Shown piece after piece: positions 46,693 to 57,204 of a stretch of 64,000 nucleotides of DNA. The translations under genes were made by a program, and so were the position numbers. The notes under the pieces were generated by a model. The model saw nothing but the letters and a program-made list of their open reading frames with translations. It searched no databases and was not told the origin of the DNA. Location: positions 9,206 through 73,205 of the forward strand of contig CAYRIW010000004.1 in assembly GCA_964424595.1 (NCBI GenBank), read 5' to 3'. How positions within the stretch are numbered: position 1 is the first letter of the stretch; each line of letters opens with the position of its first letter. The DNA comes from an uncultured Erysipelotrichaceae bacterium. GTDB taxonomy: Bacteria; Bacillota_I; Bacilli_A; Erysipelotrichales; Erysipelotrichaceae.

Positions 46693-48324
46693 TTATTCTT
46701 CATCCTCATAGTAATCTTCAAATTCATCGAAATCAATTTCATCTTCCCATTGAGATTTTTCAGCTGCCTCATTACGTGCGATTTCAGCCAATTCTTCTTC
46801 AGTGTACTCAATCTTGATCTCGTAATCCTTATCCTTCTTCAACTCAGAACCGCGTAAACGTCTTTCTTCTTCTTCTTGTTTCTTCGTCTTACGTTTCAAA
46901 GGCTCTTTCTTTTCAGGAACAGGCTTGTTATCGGCAATCGCTTCAAACTTAGAAACATAATCATGTCGTACTTCCAAAGGTTTACGTTCCCGTTTAGGTT
47001 TAGGCTCTTCTTTAGGTTTCTCTACTTTGACTTCCTTGACGACAGGCGTTTCCACAAGCAAGGTTTCGGAAGGTACATATTCTTTCTCTTCATAGAAATC
47101 AGCACTCTCTTCATCCTTCAACGTCAAGTCTTCAACGATTTCGGAATAGACTTGTTGTTTAGCCGCTTCGAGCTCAGCTTGTTTAGCACGTTCTTCTTGT
47201 AGCTTGCGTGCTTTACGCTCTACGATCTTCGCTTCTTGCTCTAATGAGAATGCTTGAGCTTCACGATTCCAATCACGACCTTCAGCTTCAATATCAGAAC
47301 GTGATTTGATATCGATCTTCATGCCCGTCAAACGAACCGCAAGACGTGCGTTCTTACCTTTTTTACCAATGGCTAAGGAAAGTTGATCATCTTCGACGAC
47401 AACCACGATGCCACGTTTTTCTTCACTTTGGATAACCGCTAGAATTTGAGCAGGACTCAAAGCATTCTTAATCAATTCAATGATGTTTTCACGCCATTCA
47501 AAGATATCGATCTTTTCACCCTTCAACTCTTCAATGACGACTTGGACACGTGAACCACGTGGTCCAATACAAGCTCCGATTGGATCGACATCGTCACGTT
47601 TCGAGAAAACAGCCATCTTGGTGCGTTCTCCGGCTTCACGTGCAATGGCTTTGATCTCAACAATGCCTTGGAAGATTTCAGGAACTTCTTTTTCAAACAA
47701 ACGTTTGACAAGTTTTGTGTCCGCACGCGACACCAAGACTTGAGCACCCTTGGTGTCTTTGGTGACTTCGGTAATGACCAAACGAATCTTTTGGCCTTCC
47801 TTATAGGTTTCACCCGGAATCTGAGCAGCTTTAGGCATCATAGCCAAAGTCTTACCTAAATTGACGACGACGAATTTCTCTTCAACCGATTCAACGATCC
47901 CTATGACCATTTCATCCAATTTATCAATGTACTCATCGTAAACAGCTTTCTTTTCAGCTTCGCGAATCTTCTGCTTCATGACGTTCTTCGCCAAAAGAGC
48001 AGCTGCTCTACCCAATTCATCGATGTTTACTTTGAGATTATGCAATTCACCCAATTGATATTCTGGATTGATGGCTTGAGCTTCTTTCAAACCAATTTCC
48101 AATTCATCATCTTCTACTTCTTCGACAATTGTATATTGTTGATATAAATTGACTTCACCGGTTTGATGATCGATATCAACTTTGACCAATGCATCTGGAA
48201 TTTCGATGTGTTTACGATAGGCTTTTGCCAAAGCTTCATTCAAAGCTTCTAAAACAATTTCCTTTGTAATGTTACGATTCCCTTCCAAAGCTTGCATTGC
48301 TGCTAAGAAATCTTTAAAATTCAT
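46693..48324 (-). CDS. nusA: Transcription termination/antitermination factor NusA with a ~200-aa charged C-terminal extension
   Basis: N-terminal domain, S1 and two KH domains ('GACIGPRGSRVQ', 'LAIGKKGKNARLA'), followed by a Lys/Glu-rich tail ending 'DEIDFDEFEDYYEDEE'. Confidence 0.95.
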   Translation of the reverse strand: MNFKDFLAAMQALEGNRNITKEIVLEALNEALAKAYRKHIEIPDALVKVDIDHQTGEVNLYQQYTIVEEVEDDELEIGLKEAQAINPEYQLGELHNLKVNIDELGRAAALLAKNVMKQKIREAEKKAVYDEYIDKLDEMVIGIVESVEEKFVVVNLGKTLAMMPKAAQIPGETYKEGQKIRLVITEVTKDTKGAQVLVSRADTKLVKRLFEKEVPEIFQGIVEIKAIAREAGERTKMAVFSKRDDVDPIGACIGPRGSRVQVVIEELKGEKIDIFEWRENIIELIKNALSPAQILAVIQSEEKRGIVVVVEDDQLSLAIGKKGKNARLAVRLTGMKIDIKSRSDIEAEGRDWNREAQAFSLEQEAKIVERKARKLQEERAKQAELEAAKQQVYSEIVEDLTLKDEESADFYEEKEYVPSETLLVETPVVKEVKVEKPKEEPKPKRERKPLEVRHDYVSKFEAIADNKPVPEKKEPLKRKTKKQEEEERRLRGSELKKDKDYEIKIEYTEEELAEIARNEAAEKSQWEDEIDFDEFEDYYEDEE

Positions 48325-48334
48325 GCGCCTCTCC

Positions 48335-48799
48335 TTAGATTTTCACTGCCAAGTGGATCTTAGCAATATTCTCTTTCTCAAACTTCAATAATTTTTTACG
48401 TGCTTTGATTTGAACCTGAAGCAAGCCGGTAACGCCATCATAATCCATCAAAGTTCCATTCCATTCCAAAGTTTTTTCAAGTGGATGATGAAACAGTATC
48501 TTGACTTCTTTCATGATCGAACGTTTGATATCAAGATCATCTTTCAATTCACGCTCTGCACCGGGTGAACAGACTTCTAGAAAATACTTCATATCCTTTA
48601 GTGGACTTTCATCCAACAAGGGTGAGATTTCCGATGCGATCAAGGTACAAGTATCCAGATCCATCGTACCATCCTCAAACATCACGGCACATTGCAAGAT
48701 GCGCATGGACGCTTCTTGTGTCCATTTCAGTTCTGCTAATTCGACCTTGTGTTTTAATAAAGCGGGCTTTATCAATGCTTCAATTTCTTTGAGTTCCAT
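48335..48799 (-). CDS. rimP: Ribosome maturation factor RimP
   Basis: ~154 aa upstream of nusA. Start at ATG 48799 (MELKEIEALI...) has AAGGAG upstream. Confidence 0.88.
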   Translation of the reverse strand: MELKEIEALIKPALLKHKVELAELKWTQEASMRILQCAVMFEDGTMDLDTCTLIASEISPLLDESPLKDMKYFLEVCSPGAERELKDDLDIKRSIMKEVKILFHHPLEKTLEWNGTLMDYDGVTGLLQVQIKARKKLLKFEKENIAKIHLAVKI

Positions 48800-48819
48800 A
48801 TTCTCCTTAAACAATAAGT

Positions 48820-48841
48820 AAGGAGTGGCGAACCACTCCTT
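48820..48841 (-). terminator. Stable hairpin between polC and rimP (terminator/attenuator or processing site)
   Basis: The minus strand reads AAGGAGUGG-UUCG-CCACUCCUU (9 bp, UUCG tetraloop) followed by an interrupted U tract (ACUUAUUGUUU). Confidence 0.5.
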
Positions 48842-48891
48842 TTTTCTCATCTACGCAATAATGATACACAAAATCGCATCAAAAAGCAAGT

Positions 48892-51800
48892 TTAAAACAA
48901 GCTCATCTGATTCTGATCATCCAAATGATCCAATAATCCATACAATTCAAACTTCTTAATCGTTGTATTGTTTACTTGGGTTCGAGCCATGACATCTTCC
49001 TTTGAAATAAAGGGTCGTGATTCACGTGCTTCAACGATTGATTTTGCAACGTTTTCACCCAGACCATCCACGATTGTGAAAGGTGGAATCAATGCTTTTG
49101 GATCTTTAGGATCAATCGAGAATTCATTGGCAAGGGATGCATTCAACTTGAGATGACTAAAATGATAACCACGTGACAACATTTCATAAGCAACTTCTAA
49201 ACTTCCAAACAACTCGGCCTCTTTGTGAGAGACTGTATTCTTGAGTCGATTGTCATTCAAACGACGTTGAATATCTTTTAAACGCTCAAGAATCTTACCT
49301 TCACCTAAAATATAGGTTTCATATTCATGGGAAGTAGCTCTTAAGCTGAAGTAGCTCGCATAATAAGCCAGAGGATAATTGACTTTAAACCAAGCAACAC
49401 GAACCGCCATCAAAACATAGGCAACCGCATGCGCTTTTGGAAACATGTACTTGATCTTCAAACACGATTGAATGTACCACTCGGGTACCGCATATTGAGC
49501 CATGAGTGCTTTCCACTCATCTTTTAAACCACGTCCCTTTCGCACGGATTCCATGATATCAAACGCCGATTTAGCGGGTAAGCCTTTATGAATCAAATAA
49601 ACCATGATGTCATCACGACAACCGATGACATCACTAAAAGGATAACCTTCATCAATCAGATTCTTTGCATTGTTCAACCAAACGTCTGTCCCGTGGGATA
49701 AACCAGAAACACGAACTAAACCTGAAAAGTTTTGAGGATGGGTCATTTCAAGAATTTGGCGGACAAAACCTGTTCCAAATTCTGGTAATCCAACCGCACC
49801 TGTTTTTTCATTGTAATGAGGATTAATAATTTTAAGCGCTTCAATTGAATTGAAAACTGAAATCGCATCTTTGTCATTCATGCGAATCGTACGTACATCG
49901 ACATTGGTCAAACGTTGTAACATCTTCATAGCCGTTGGATCCACATGGCCTAAGATGTCCAGCTTCAAGACATTGTCATGAATATCGGCAAATTCAAAGT
50001 GCGTGGTCAACCATTCCGATTGTGCTTTATTTGCAGGATATTGCACCGGTGTGAAATCATGGACATCGTTATCTTGTGGAATGACGATGATGCCTCCAGG
50101 ATGTTGACCGGAAGTACGTTTGACACCCTCACAACCCGACGCCATGTAATTCATCATCGCTTGACGCAAACTGCCTTCCAAGCCCATCTCTTCCAAATAG
50201 CCTTTGACATAGCCAAAGGCAGTCCGCTGAGCGACTGTCGAGATTGTTCCAGCTCGATAGACATGATCTTCACCAAAGAGAACTTTCGTATATGCATGCG
50301 CCTTATCCTGATAATCACCTGAGAAGTTCAAATCAATATCCGGAACCTTATCCCCTTCAAAACCTAAGAAGGTTTCAAATGGAATATCGTGTCCATCCAT
50401 ATGCATGTCCGATCCACAAACAGGACACTTCTTATCCGGTAGATCATAACCACTATCCACACTGCCATCCAATACAAATTCACTGTGGTGGCATTGCATA
50501 CAAACATAATGGGGTGCCAATGGATTGACTTCAGTGATGTTCGCTAAGGTCGCAACCAGAGAGGATCCTACCGAACCACGTGACCCTACTAAATAACCAT
50601 CTTCGATCGATTTCTTGACCAACAGATGAGCAATGTAATAAATTACGCCAAAACCATGGGTGATGATGGAATGCAATTCCTTCTCAATACGATCCACAAC
50701 GATATCAGGAAGCTTATCCCCGTAAATTGCATTGGCATTCACATAGACAAGCGTACGTAATTTATCATCCGCACCCTCAATGCTTGGAGTATAGAGATCC
50801 TTCTTAATCGCATAGACGGTTTCAATTTGATTCGCAATGAACCGTGGATTGAGCACAACCAAACGATAGGCTAAATCAGTTCCTAAATAGGCAAAGGCTT
50901 CCAACATCTCATCGGTTGTCCTAAAGTGTTGATCGGGTGCAACACTGGACTTACGACGAACTTCATTATAGATATACAAAGGATGGCGACCAGCCCCAAC
51001 GCCTTTAGCTTGGATATAGACATCTCTGAACTTCTTGTCCATAGGATTGAGATAATGCGCATCGCCACTCGCAATGACGGGCTTCTGAAGTTTGATCGAA
51101 GCTTGGATCAAACGTGTCAATATCGCCTTTAATCGATCCATATCCGGTACACTGCCATTCTCTACAAGTGGACGATAGTTCTCCAATGGTTGAATTTCGA
51201 CATAATCATAGAATTTAATCGCTTCAATCAACTCACCATCAGAGCGATTCGCAGCCAATTCAAAAAGCTCACCATTAAAACAAGAACTTCCAAGCAGCAC
51301 ATCCTTACGCAAGCGCATGATGTCAGCCCGTGTGATCCGCGGCTCACTCATACCATCGTTCTCTGCCCGATTCGCACTCGAGTTCGTTAAGCGCTCGGTA
51401 TGCGCAATTGTGACCAATTCAAAGATGGCTTTCAGTCCGATTTGGTTCTTAGCCAATAAGTTGACATGATTCTTCATATTCTTTTGAAAAGCAAGACTTT
51501 GGTCCAGTTGATTGAGTTGATCGACTGTTTTCAAACCAAAACATACGTCGTGGACCAACATCTTCTGATAGACCTGTAAGAGAACTTCAGTATCATAATC
51601 CGCACGATGGGCTCCAGAATCATCGTATGGAATCTTGAAATGCTTAGCAATCACACCAAGTCGATAATACTTCTTATCTTTTAACAAAGCTTTGGCAAGA
51701 TCTAAGGTGTCGATGACCGTATTCGTCAAAGCGGGTTTATTTAAACGCATCAATGCCGCATTTAAAAAGCCGATATCGAACTTAGCGTTATGCGCTAGTA

Positions 51801-53211
51801 CGACACCATCTCCTATGAAATTCAACCAGGTATCAATGACTTCATGAATCTCTTGTGCGCCATCCACATCACTTTGTTTGATGTGTGTCTTTTCGATGAT
51901 GAACGAACTCAATTTACGTTTTGGATTCACAAACATTTGAATACGATCCACAATCATTCCAGCTTGAACCTTGATGGCCGCAAACTCGATGATCATATCA
52001 AAATGTGACGAAAGACCGCTTGTCTCCAAATCCAAGACGACATACGTCGTATCATGGAGGTTTTGACCCTTAGGATTTTGAACAATTGAGTATTCTGCCT
52101 CAACCATGTTCATTTCCAAACCATAAATCATCTTGAAGTTACGATTGGGATTCTTTTTATTCAAGGTTTCAACCGCTTTTTGCGCTTTAGGATAGGCTTG
52201 AACAGAATTGTGATCTGTAATCGCAATGGCCTCATGACCCCAATCATAAGCTTGTTGTATGTAGGCTTCAATGGTTGAGACACCATCCATTTCAGACATG
52301 TTGGTATGTAGATGCAGTTCAATGCGCTTATCACTGGCCTCATCTGAACGCTTCATCCAATCTTGAATAATACGAATATCACGAACTTGAATTTGAATGT
52401 CCTTGTTGAAGTTGTCATAGACGATATCCCCAAAGATTTCTAAACAGTCCCCCTTTTTCAACAAACCAAATTTCTCAATTTCATCTTTATTGTCTAAAAA
52501 TTGGCTAAATGATAAGGCATCTTCTTCATCATGCAAGAAGACAGTTTGTCTAAGGGTTGTATTGTTTTTGATCCACTGACTTTCAATATTAAAGATCTTG
52601 CCTTGAATCTTGACGCCTTTCATCCCTAAAACACAGTCTTTAAGTGGAACCAATAGACTGTCTTCTTTCTTGATGCGTTTCGATTTGATTGGACTCTTAT
52701 TGAACTCGGGTTCTTCTTGTATGATCACAGGTACCGATTCAATCTCAATGGATTGTGATGCAATACGTTGCTTACACATGTAATCAATCCCATATACTTT
52801 CAATGCATTGGCAAGCTCAGACAGTTGCTGATCCATCTGAGAGGTATCGACATTGGATTCAATCATGAAATACAGTACATTTTGTTCAAAGGTATACAGA
52901 CGATTTGCTTGCAAAAGGCTCCAATGATGTTCGTCAATACAATGATTGACATAACGCTGAAGATCCTTCTGCGTTAGATCGTTGTCTTCAACACTCAACT
53001 TTAAGGAGGTCTTAACTCCAAATATCTTCTCGAGTTCTTGTATGAATTTTTGATAAAGATCAAACGTTAAATTCTGTTTTAACTTCAATTCCAAAACAAC
53101 ACGACGTTCCTCACGATAAAACTGAATTCGTTGAATATGTGCATCATTGAAATAGACTTGATCAAGCAAGTCTAAATTCATTTTATCGATAAGTGGTTTC
53201 AAATCAAACAT
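48892..53211 (-). CDS. polC: DNA polymerase III PolC-type (Gram-positive replicative polymerase with 3'-5' exonuclease)
   Basis: 1439 aa with a PHP domain, the inserted exonuclease 'VVLDLETSGL...', zinc finger 'CMQCHHSEF...CPVCG', and the pol III alpha core. Confidence 0.97.
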   Translation of the reverse strand: MFDLKPLIDKMNLDLLDQVYFNDAHIQRIQFYREERRVVLELKLKQNLTFDLYQKFIQELEKIFGVKTSLKLSVEDNDLTQKDLQRYVNHCIDEHHWSLLQANRLYTFEQNVLYFMIESNVDTSQMDQQLSELANALKVYGIDYMCKQRIASQSIEIESVPVIIQEEPEFNKSPIKSKRIKKEDSLLVPLKDCVLGMKGVKIQGKIFNIESQWIKNNTTLRQTVFLHDEEDALSFSQFLDNKDEIEKFGLLKKGDCLEIFGDIVYDNFNKDIQIQVRDIRIIQDWMKRSDEASDKRIELHLHTNMSEMDGVSTIEAYIQQAYDWGHEAIAITDHNSVQAYPKAQKAVETLNKKNPNRNFKMIYGLEMNMVEAEYSIVQNPKGQNLHDTTYVVLDLETSGLSSHFDMIIEFAAIKVQAGMIVDRIQMFVNPKRKLSSFIIEKTHIKQSDVDGAQEIHEVIDTWLNFIGDGVVLAHNAKFDIGFLNAALMRLNKPALTNTVIDTLDLAKALLKDKKYYRLGVIAKHFKIPYDDSGAHRADYDTEVLLQVYQKMLVHDVCFGLKTVDQLNQLDQSLAFQKNMKNHVNLLAKNQIGLKAIFELVTIAHTERLTNSSANRAENDGMSEPRITRADIMRLRKDVLLGSSCFNGELFELAANRSDGELIEAIKFYDYVEIQPLENYRPLVENGSVPDMDRLKAILTRLIQASIKLQKPVIASGDAHYLNPMDKKFRDVYIQAKGVGAGRHPLYIYNEVRRKSSVAPDQHFRTTDEMLEAFAYLGTDLAYRLVVLNPRFIANQIETVYAIKKDLYTPSIEGADDKLRTLVYVNANAIYGDKLPDIVVDRIEKELHSIITHGFGVIYYIAHLLVKKSIEDGYLVGSRGSVGSSLVATLANITEVNPLAPHYVCMQCHHSEFVLDGSVDSGYDLPDKKCPVCGSDMHMDGHDIPFETFLGFEGDKVPDIDLNFSGDYQDKAHAYTKVLFGEDHVYRAGTISTVAQRTAFGYVKGYLEEMGLEGSLRQAMMNYMASGCEGVKRTSGQHPGGIIVIPQDNDVHDFTPVQYPANKAQSEWLTTHFEFADIHDNVLKLDILGHVDPTAMKMLQRLTNVDVRTIRMNDKDAISVFNSIEALKIINPHYNEKTGAVGLPEFGTGFVRQILEMTHPQNFSGLVRVSGLSHGTDVWLNNAKNLIDEGYPFSDVIGCRDDIMVYLIHKGLPAKSAFDIMESVRKGRGLKDEWKALMAQYAVPEWYIQSCLKIKYMFPKAHAVAYVLMAVRVAWFKVNYPLAYYASYFSLRATSHEYETYILGEGKILERLKDIQRRLNDNRLKNTVSHKEAELFGSLEVAYEMLSRGYHFSHLKLNASLANEFSIDPKDPKALIPPFTIVDGLGENVAKSIVEARESRPFISKEDVMARTQVNNTTIKKFELYGLLDHLDDQNQMSLF

Positions 53212-53213
53212 TT

Positions 53214-54497
53214 CTATTGATATCTTTCTATGATCTTTTCAGCTGCTTGCTTTCCTGCTGCCAAAGCATGGATCACTGTTTTAGGACCCGTGACAACATC
53301 ACCTGCTGCGAAAACACCCGGTATATTTGTTTCATAATGTTCATCGACCAAGATGCGACCTTGACCATCTAAAGCCAAACCTTCAAAATTCAAACGTTTG
53401 ACACTTGAGCCAATCGCCATGACCATTAAGTCAACATCTAAATCAAAGCGTCCATCCGCATCAACGATTGTTCCACGATCTTGCTCATTCACTTTGATCA
53501 ATTGCGTACGTTTGCACTCTACATGGATCGATTCACCACTTTCACTGACTTTAACCGGATCACAAAGCTCATGGACATGCACACCGAGATGTAGACACTC
53601 TTCAACTTCAGCTTTACGCGCAGGCATCAAGTCGATGGTACGACGATAGACGAGATGTGTCTCGATGCCAAATTTAGCGGCACTGATGGCCACATCCATC
53701 GCCACATTGCCACCACCCACGACACAAAGCTTCTTGATGTGGGCAAAATGCTCACGAAACGATTTCTCGCCAATGTTCAAGATGCTTAAAAACTGTTTCC
53801 AACCAATGACTTTATAGTGCTCGGATCCTTCGATCTTACCAAAGTTCTGTTTAGAAGCCCCCATGGCAAGATACATTCCCACAAAGCCCTCATTAAACAA
53901 ATCATGATAATTTCGTGTTCTTCCAAAGTTCTCTTCAATTTGAAACTTTACACCCAAATCCATAAGTTCTGCGATGCGATTGTCTACGATTTGATTGGGT
54001 AAACGATACGGTGGAATACCAAACTTTAAAACCCCACCCAAGATCGCTTTCTTTTCAAATACTGTCACATCAAATCCAGCTTGAACCAAAGTGGATGCAC
54101 AGGCTAAACCGGATGGTCCAGAGCCAATGATTGCAAACTTCTTATTTCGCTTTGAATCAATCGTTTTAACTGATGCATAATGATCGGCGATATAACGCTC
54201 AATCAGTCCAATTTTAACCGGGGCGTTTTGTTTCATGCGTACACATTTGGCTTCACATTGAATGTCTTGATAACAAACGCGTCCACAAAATTCCGGAAAA
54301 CTATTCTTGGCCTCCGCTATCTTTTTGGCCTCGTCGCCACGACCTTCAAGGAACGCCTTGATCATCGATGGTATTTCCATATGCGCAACACAACCGTCAA
54401 CACAAGGCTTATGACGGCAATTCAAACAACGTTCAGCTTCTTTAACAGCTTCTTCATAACTTAAACCGATGGACTCATAAAACAGTTCATGCTTCAT
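53214..54497 (-). CDS. GltD/NfnB/SudA-family NAD(P)H-dependent Fe-S flavoprotein oxidoreductase (glutamate synthase small-chain-like)
   Basis: 427 aa. N-terminal Cys clusters 'CLNCRHKPCVDGC' and 'CGRVCYQDIQCEAKC', FAD motif 'IIGSGPSGLACA', second Rossmann 'VVGGGNVAMD'. Stop codon lies 2 nt before the polC start. Confidence 0.8.
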   Translation of the reverse strand: MKHELFYESIGLSYEEAVKEAERCLNCRHKPCVDGCVAHMEIPSMIKAFLEGRGDEAKKIAEAKNSFPEFCGRVCYQDIQCEAKCVRMKQNAPVKIGLIERYIADHYASVKTIDSKRNKKFAIIGSGPSGLACASTLVQAGFDVTVFEKKAILGGVLKFGIPPYRLPNQIVDNRIAELMDLGVKFQIEENFGRTRNYHDLFNEGFVGMYLAMGASKQNFGKIEGSEHYKVIGWKQFLSILNIGEKSFREHFAHIKKLCVVGGGNVAMDVAISAAKFGIETHLVYRRTIDLMPARKAEVEECLHLGVHVHELCDPVKVSESGESIHVECKRTQLIKVNEQDRGTIVDADGRFDLDVDLMVMAIGSSVKRLNFEGLALDGQGRILVDEHYETNIPGVFAAGDVVTGPKTVIHALAAGKQAAEKIIERYQ

Positions 54498-55181
54498 TTA
54501 CTTCACCAATTTCTTCAAAGCTTCTTGAGCAGCAGCTTGTTCCGCTCGTTTCTTTGAACTGCCCTTTCCTTTTCCGTAACTTATGCCATCAATTTGAACA
54601 CTGATCTCAAAAATTCTTTGATTGGATGGCCCACTCGTATTCAACAAAACATAAGCAATCGTACGCTTATCATCCGCTTGAACGTATTCTTGTAATTCTG
54701 TTTTAAAGTCTTTGACCAAACGTGCATCTTTAAAATCATCTAAATTTTGATAGACCATACTTAAGAGCCCATCTACTACCATAAAACCAGAATCCAAATA
54801 GAGTGCACCTAGAAAAGCTTCAAACATATCCGCAACGGTTGAATCTCGATTTTGTCCTTGATCGATACGTTCACCATGACCAAGTTTTAGAAATTGATTG
54901 AGTTCAAGTTTGAAAGCGATTTGTGCTAAGGATTGTTCACATACTAATTGGGCACGCAATTTTGTCATCTCGCCTTCATTCAACTTAGGCACAAGATGAA
55001 AAAGATGGTTTGCAGACCACAATTGCAAAACGGCATCGCCGATAAATTCGAGTCGTTGATTGTCTTCTATGCATTGATTTGGGTTCTCATGGAAATAAGA
55101 ACGATGGATAAAAGCCAGTTCGATGGATTTAAGATCATTGACCTTGATCTGATGTTGATTTAGCCATTCTTGTAGATTCAT
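54498..55181 (-). CDS. rnc: Ribonuclease III
   Basis: Signature 'QRLEFIGDAVLQL' and a C-terminal dsRBD ending 'KKRAEQAAAQEALKKL'. Confidence 0.95.
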   Translation of the reverse strand: MNLQEWLNQHQIKVNDLKSIELAFIHRSYFHENPNQCIEDNQRLEFIGDAVLQLWSANHLFHLVPKLNEGEMTKLRAQLVCEQSLAQIAFKLELNQFLKLGHGERIDQGQNRDSTVADMFEAFLGALYLDSGFMVVDGLLSMVYQNLDDFKDARLVKDFKTELQEYVQADDKRTIAYVLLNTSGPSNQRIFEISVQIDGISYGKGKGSSKKRAEQAAAQEALKKLVK

Positions 55182-55195
55182 ACGATTATTATACC

Positions 55196-57181
55196 TTAAT
55201 CCACCACTTGGGTTTCAAGTTCTTTTCGGCATCGATCCAACCATTCTTTAAAATTGTTTGGATTTCGCATGATTTCCTGACCATCTTTCTGAGCTGTCAT
55301 CAAGATTGCTTGATCCGTGACGACATTCGCAATCAAGAAGCTTGGAATACCACTCTGTTTCAAACCAAATATTTCACCAGGTCCACGTAATGCCAAGTCC
55401 TTATTTGCGATTTCAAAGCCATCTTGACTCTCCACCAACACATTCAAACGTTGAAGACTCAATTCATCTTCGCTATCACTCAACAAGTAACATTGGCCTT
55501 CTACACTGCCACGGCCCACACGACCTCTTAATTGGTGAAGTTGAGACAGACCAAAGCGATCACTGTCGTAGATGACCATCGTATTGGCAGATTGTATATT
55601 GACACCAACTTCAATAACGGTTGTGGTAACCAAACAATCATAATCATGTGCATAAAAGCGTTCCAGTACTTTATTTTTTTCATCAGCGGATAGTCTGCCA
55701 TGCAAGACACCGATTTTGATATGCGATGGCAAGCCTTTTCTTAATGCAGCCGCTATGACTTCAACGCTTTTCGTGGGACGATCACTTTGCTCAATGCTTG
55801 GGCATACGAAATAAACTTGATCCTTCATTTCAAAACGCTCTAATAATTGAGCATAGATTGGCTTGATGCTGTTCTCGCGAACAAGAATTGTTTTTGTATT
55901 CTGCTTAGACGCATGATAATTTGCAATTGTTGAGATTTCTACGTCATTGAAAAGAACGGCTGCCAAGGTTCGGGGAATGGGTGTTGCACTCATCAACAGG
56001 AAATCAACCTTATCCCCTTTTTCACTCAGCAATTGACGCTGTTTGACACCAAATCGATGTTGTTCATCCGCGACAACCAAACCACAATTCGCAAAAACCA
56101 CATCTTCTTGAATCAAGGAATGCGTCCCAACAAGGATATCGATTTCGTTATTTTTAAGATCATTCAAAATCTTTCGTTTTTGTTGCATCGATAAAGATGA
56201 ATAGAGTACTTCAATGCGAAGCGTATCCGGTAGATACGTCTTAAGTGTATCGGCATGTTGGCGGGCTAGGATTTCCGTAGGTGCCAACAAAGCACTTTGA
56301 TAATGAGCTAAGGTGGTCGCATACATCGCTAAAGCCGCAATTACTGTTTTACCACTTCCCACATCTCCTTGAAGCAAGCGATTCATGCGTTGTTTCGATT
56401 GTAAATCGTTCAGAATCTCATTGAGAACCTGAACTTGATCCGTGGTAAGCTCAAAGGGTAGATGTTTCAGCCAAGCTTGTATCAATCTTCGATCAAAGAC
56501 CTTAACCTTCCCAAACTGACCACTAAAATTGATTGAACGATTCAATTGGAGTTTTGTTTGATAGCGTAAGAATTCTTCATACTTCAGAGTTCTAGAAGCT
56601 TGTAATACAGCTTCCATCGTGTTTGGTTTATGAATATAATGAAGCGCATCGCGCAATTTCAATAAGCGATAGCGTTCACGAAATGCATCAGGGATATCAA
56701 CTTTGACAACTTGATCAAGATAGACCATGGTTTTATCGATCAATTTGCTCATGTCCTTTTGCGTCAACTCTTTACGTAAAGGATAGATTGGCACAAGCCC
56801 TAATTGACCCATTAGCGCTTGGGCATTATACTGTAGTCCAGTCAATTGATTCTGACCATCATAACGAGCTTGAAGTGTGATGCGTTGATTAAGCTTCAAC
56901 CAAGGACGATTAAAAATCGTGACTTGAAAAAGTCCCTCATCACTTTGAAATTGAAACTTCGTCACACTGCGATTCTTTGGAAGATAGACTTGTTTGAATG
57001 GATCTAGGATGATGCCCTCAAGCCAAACCTTATCGTTGACCAACCAGTCCGAAAACGGTTTTTGACGTATCTCCTCATAACGAATAGGAAAAGACCAAAG
57101 TAGATCCTCAACCTCATTGAATCCAGCTTCAGTACACTTCTCAATCATTCTTGTACTTAGTTTCAGTTGTTTTAGTTCCAT
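55196..57181 (-). CDS. recG: ATP-dependent DNA helicase RecG
   Basis: Wedge domain plus helicase motifs 'GDVGSGKT', 'DEQHRFG', 'SATPIPR', 'QLRGRVGRG'. Confidence 0.95.
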   Translation of the reverse strand: MELKQLKLSTRMIEKCTEAGFNEVEDLLWSFPIRYEEIRQKPFSDWLVNDKVWLEGIILDPFKQVYLPKNRSVTKFQFQSDEGLFQVTIFNRPWLKLNQRITLQARYDGQNQLTGLQYNAQALMGQLGLVPIYPLRKELTQKDMSKLIDKTMVYLDQVVKVDIPDAFRERYRLLKLRDALHYIHKPNTMEAVLQASRTLKYEEFLRYQTKLQLNRSINFSGQFGKVKVFDRRLIQAWLKHLPFELTTDQVQVLNEILNDLQSKQRMNRLLQGDVGSGKTVIAALAMYATTLAHYQSALLAPTEILARQHADTLKTYLPDTLRIEVLYSSLSMQQKRKILNDLKNNEIDILVGTHSLIQEDVVFANCGLVVADEQHRFGVKQRQLLSEKGDKVDFLLMSATPIPRTLAAVLFNDVEISTIANYHASKQNTKTILVRENSIKPIYAQLLERFEMKDQVYFVCPSIEQSDRPTKSVEVIAAALRKGLPSHIKIGVLHGRLSADEKNKVLERFYAHDYDCLVTTTVIEVGVNIQSANTMVIYDSDRFGLSQLHQLRGRVGRGSVEGQCYLLSDSEDELSLQRLNVLVESQDGFEIANKDLALRGPGEIFGLKQSGIPSFLIANVVTDQAILMTAQKDGQEIMRNPNNFKEWLDRCRKELETQVVD

Positions 57182-57203
57182 AAAAGAAAAGGGCTGACGC
57201 CCT
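57182..57203 (-). terminator. Short GC hairpin plus U-run between fakA and recG
   Basis: The minus strand reads AGGGC-GUCA-GCCCU followed by UUUUCUUUU, which directly abuts the recG ATG. The stem is only 5 bp. Confidence 0.45.
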
Positions 57204-57204
57204 C

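Noticed and set aside
46876-47202. 108-aa plus-strand ORF rich in F/R/L opposite the nusA tail
   Set aside because: It is the reverse complement of the GAA/AAG-rich (Glu/Lys) coding of the NusA extension, and so a compositional artefact.
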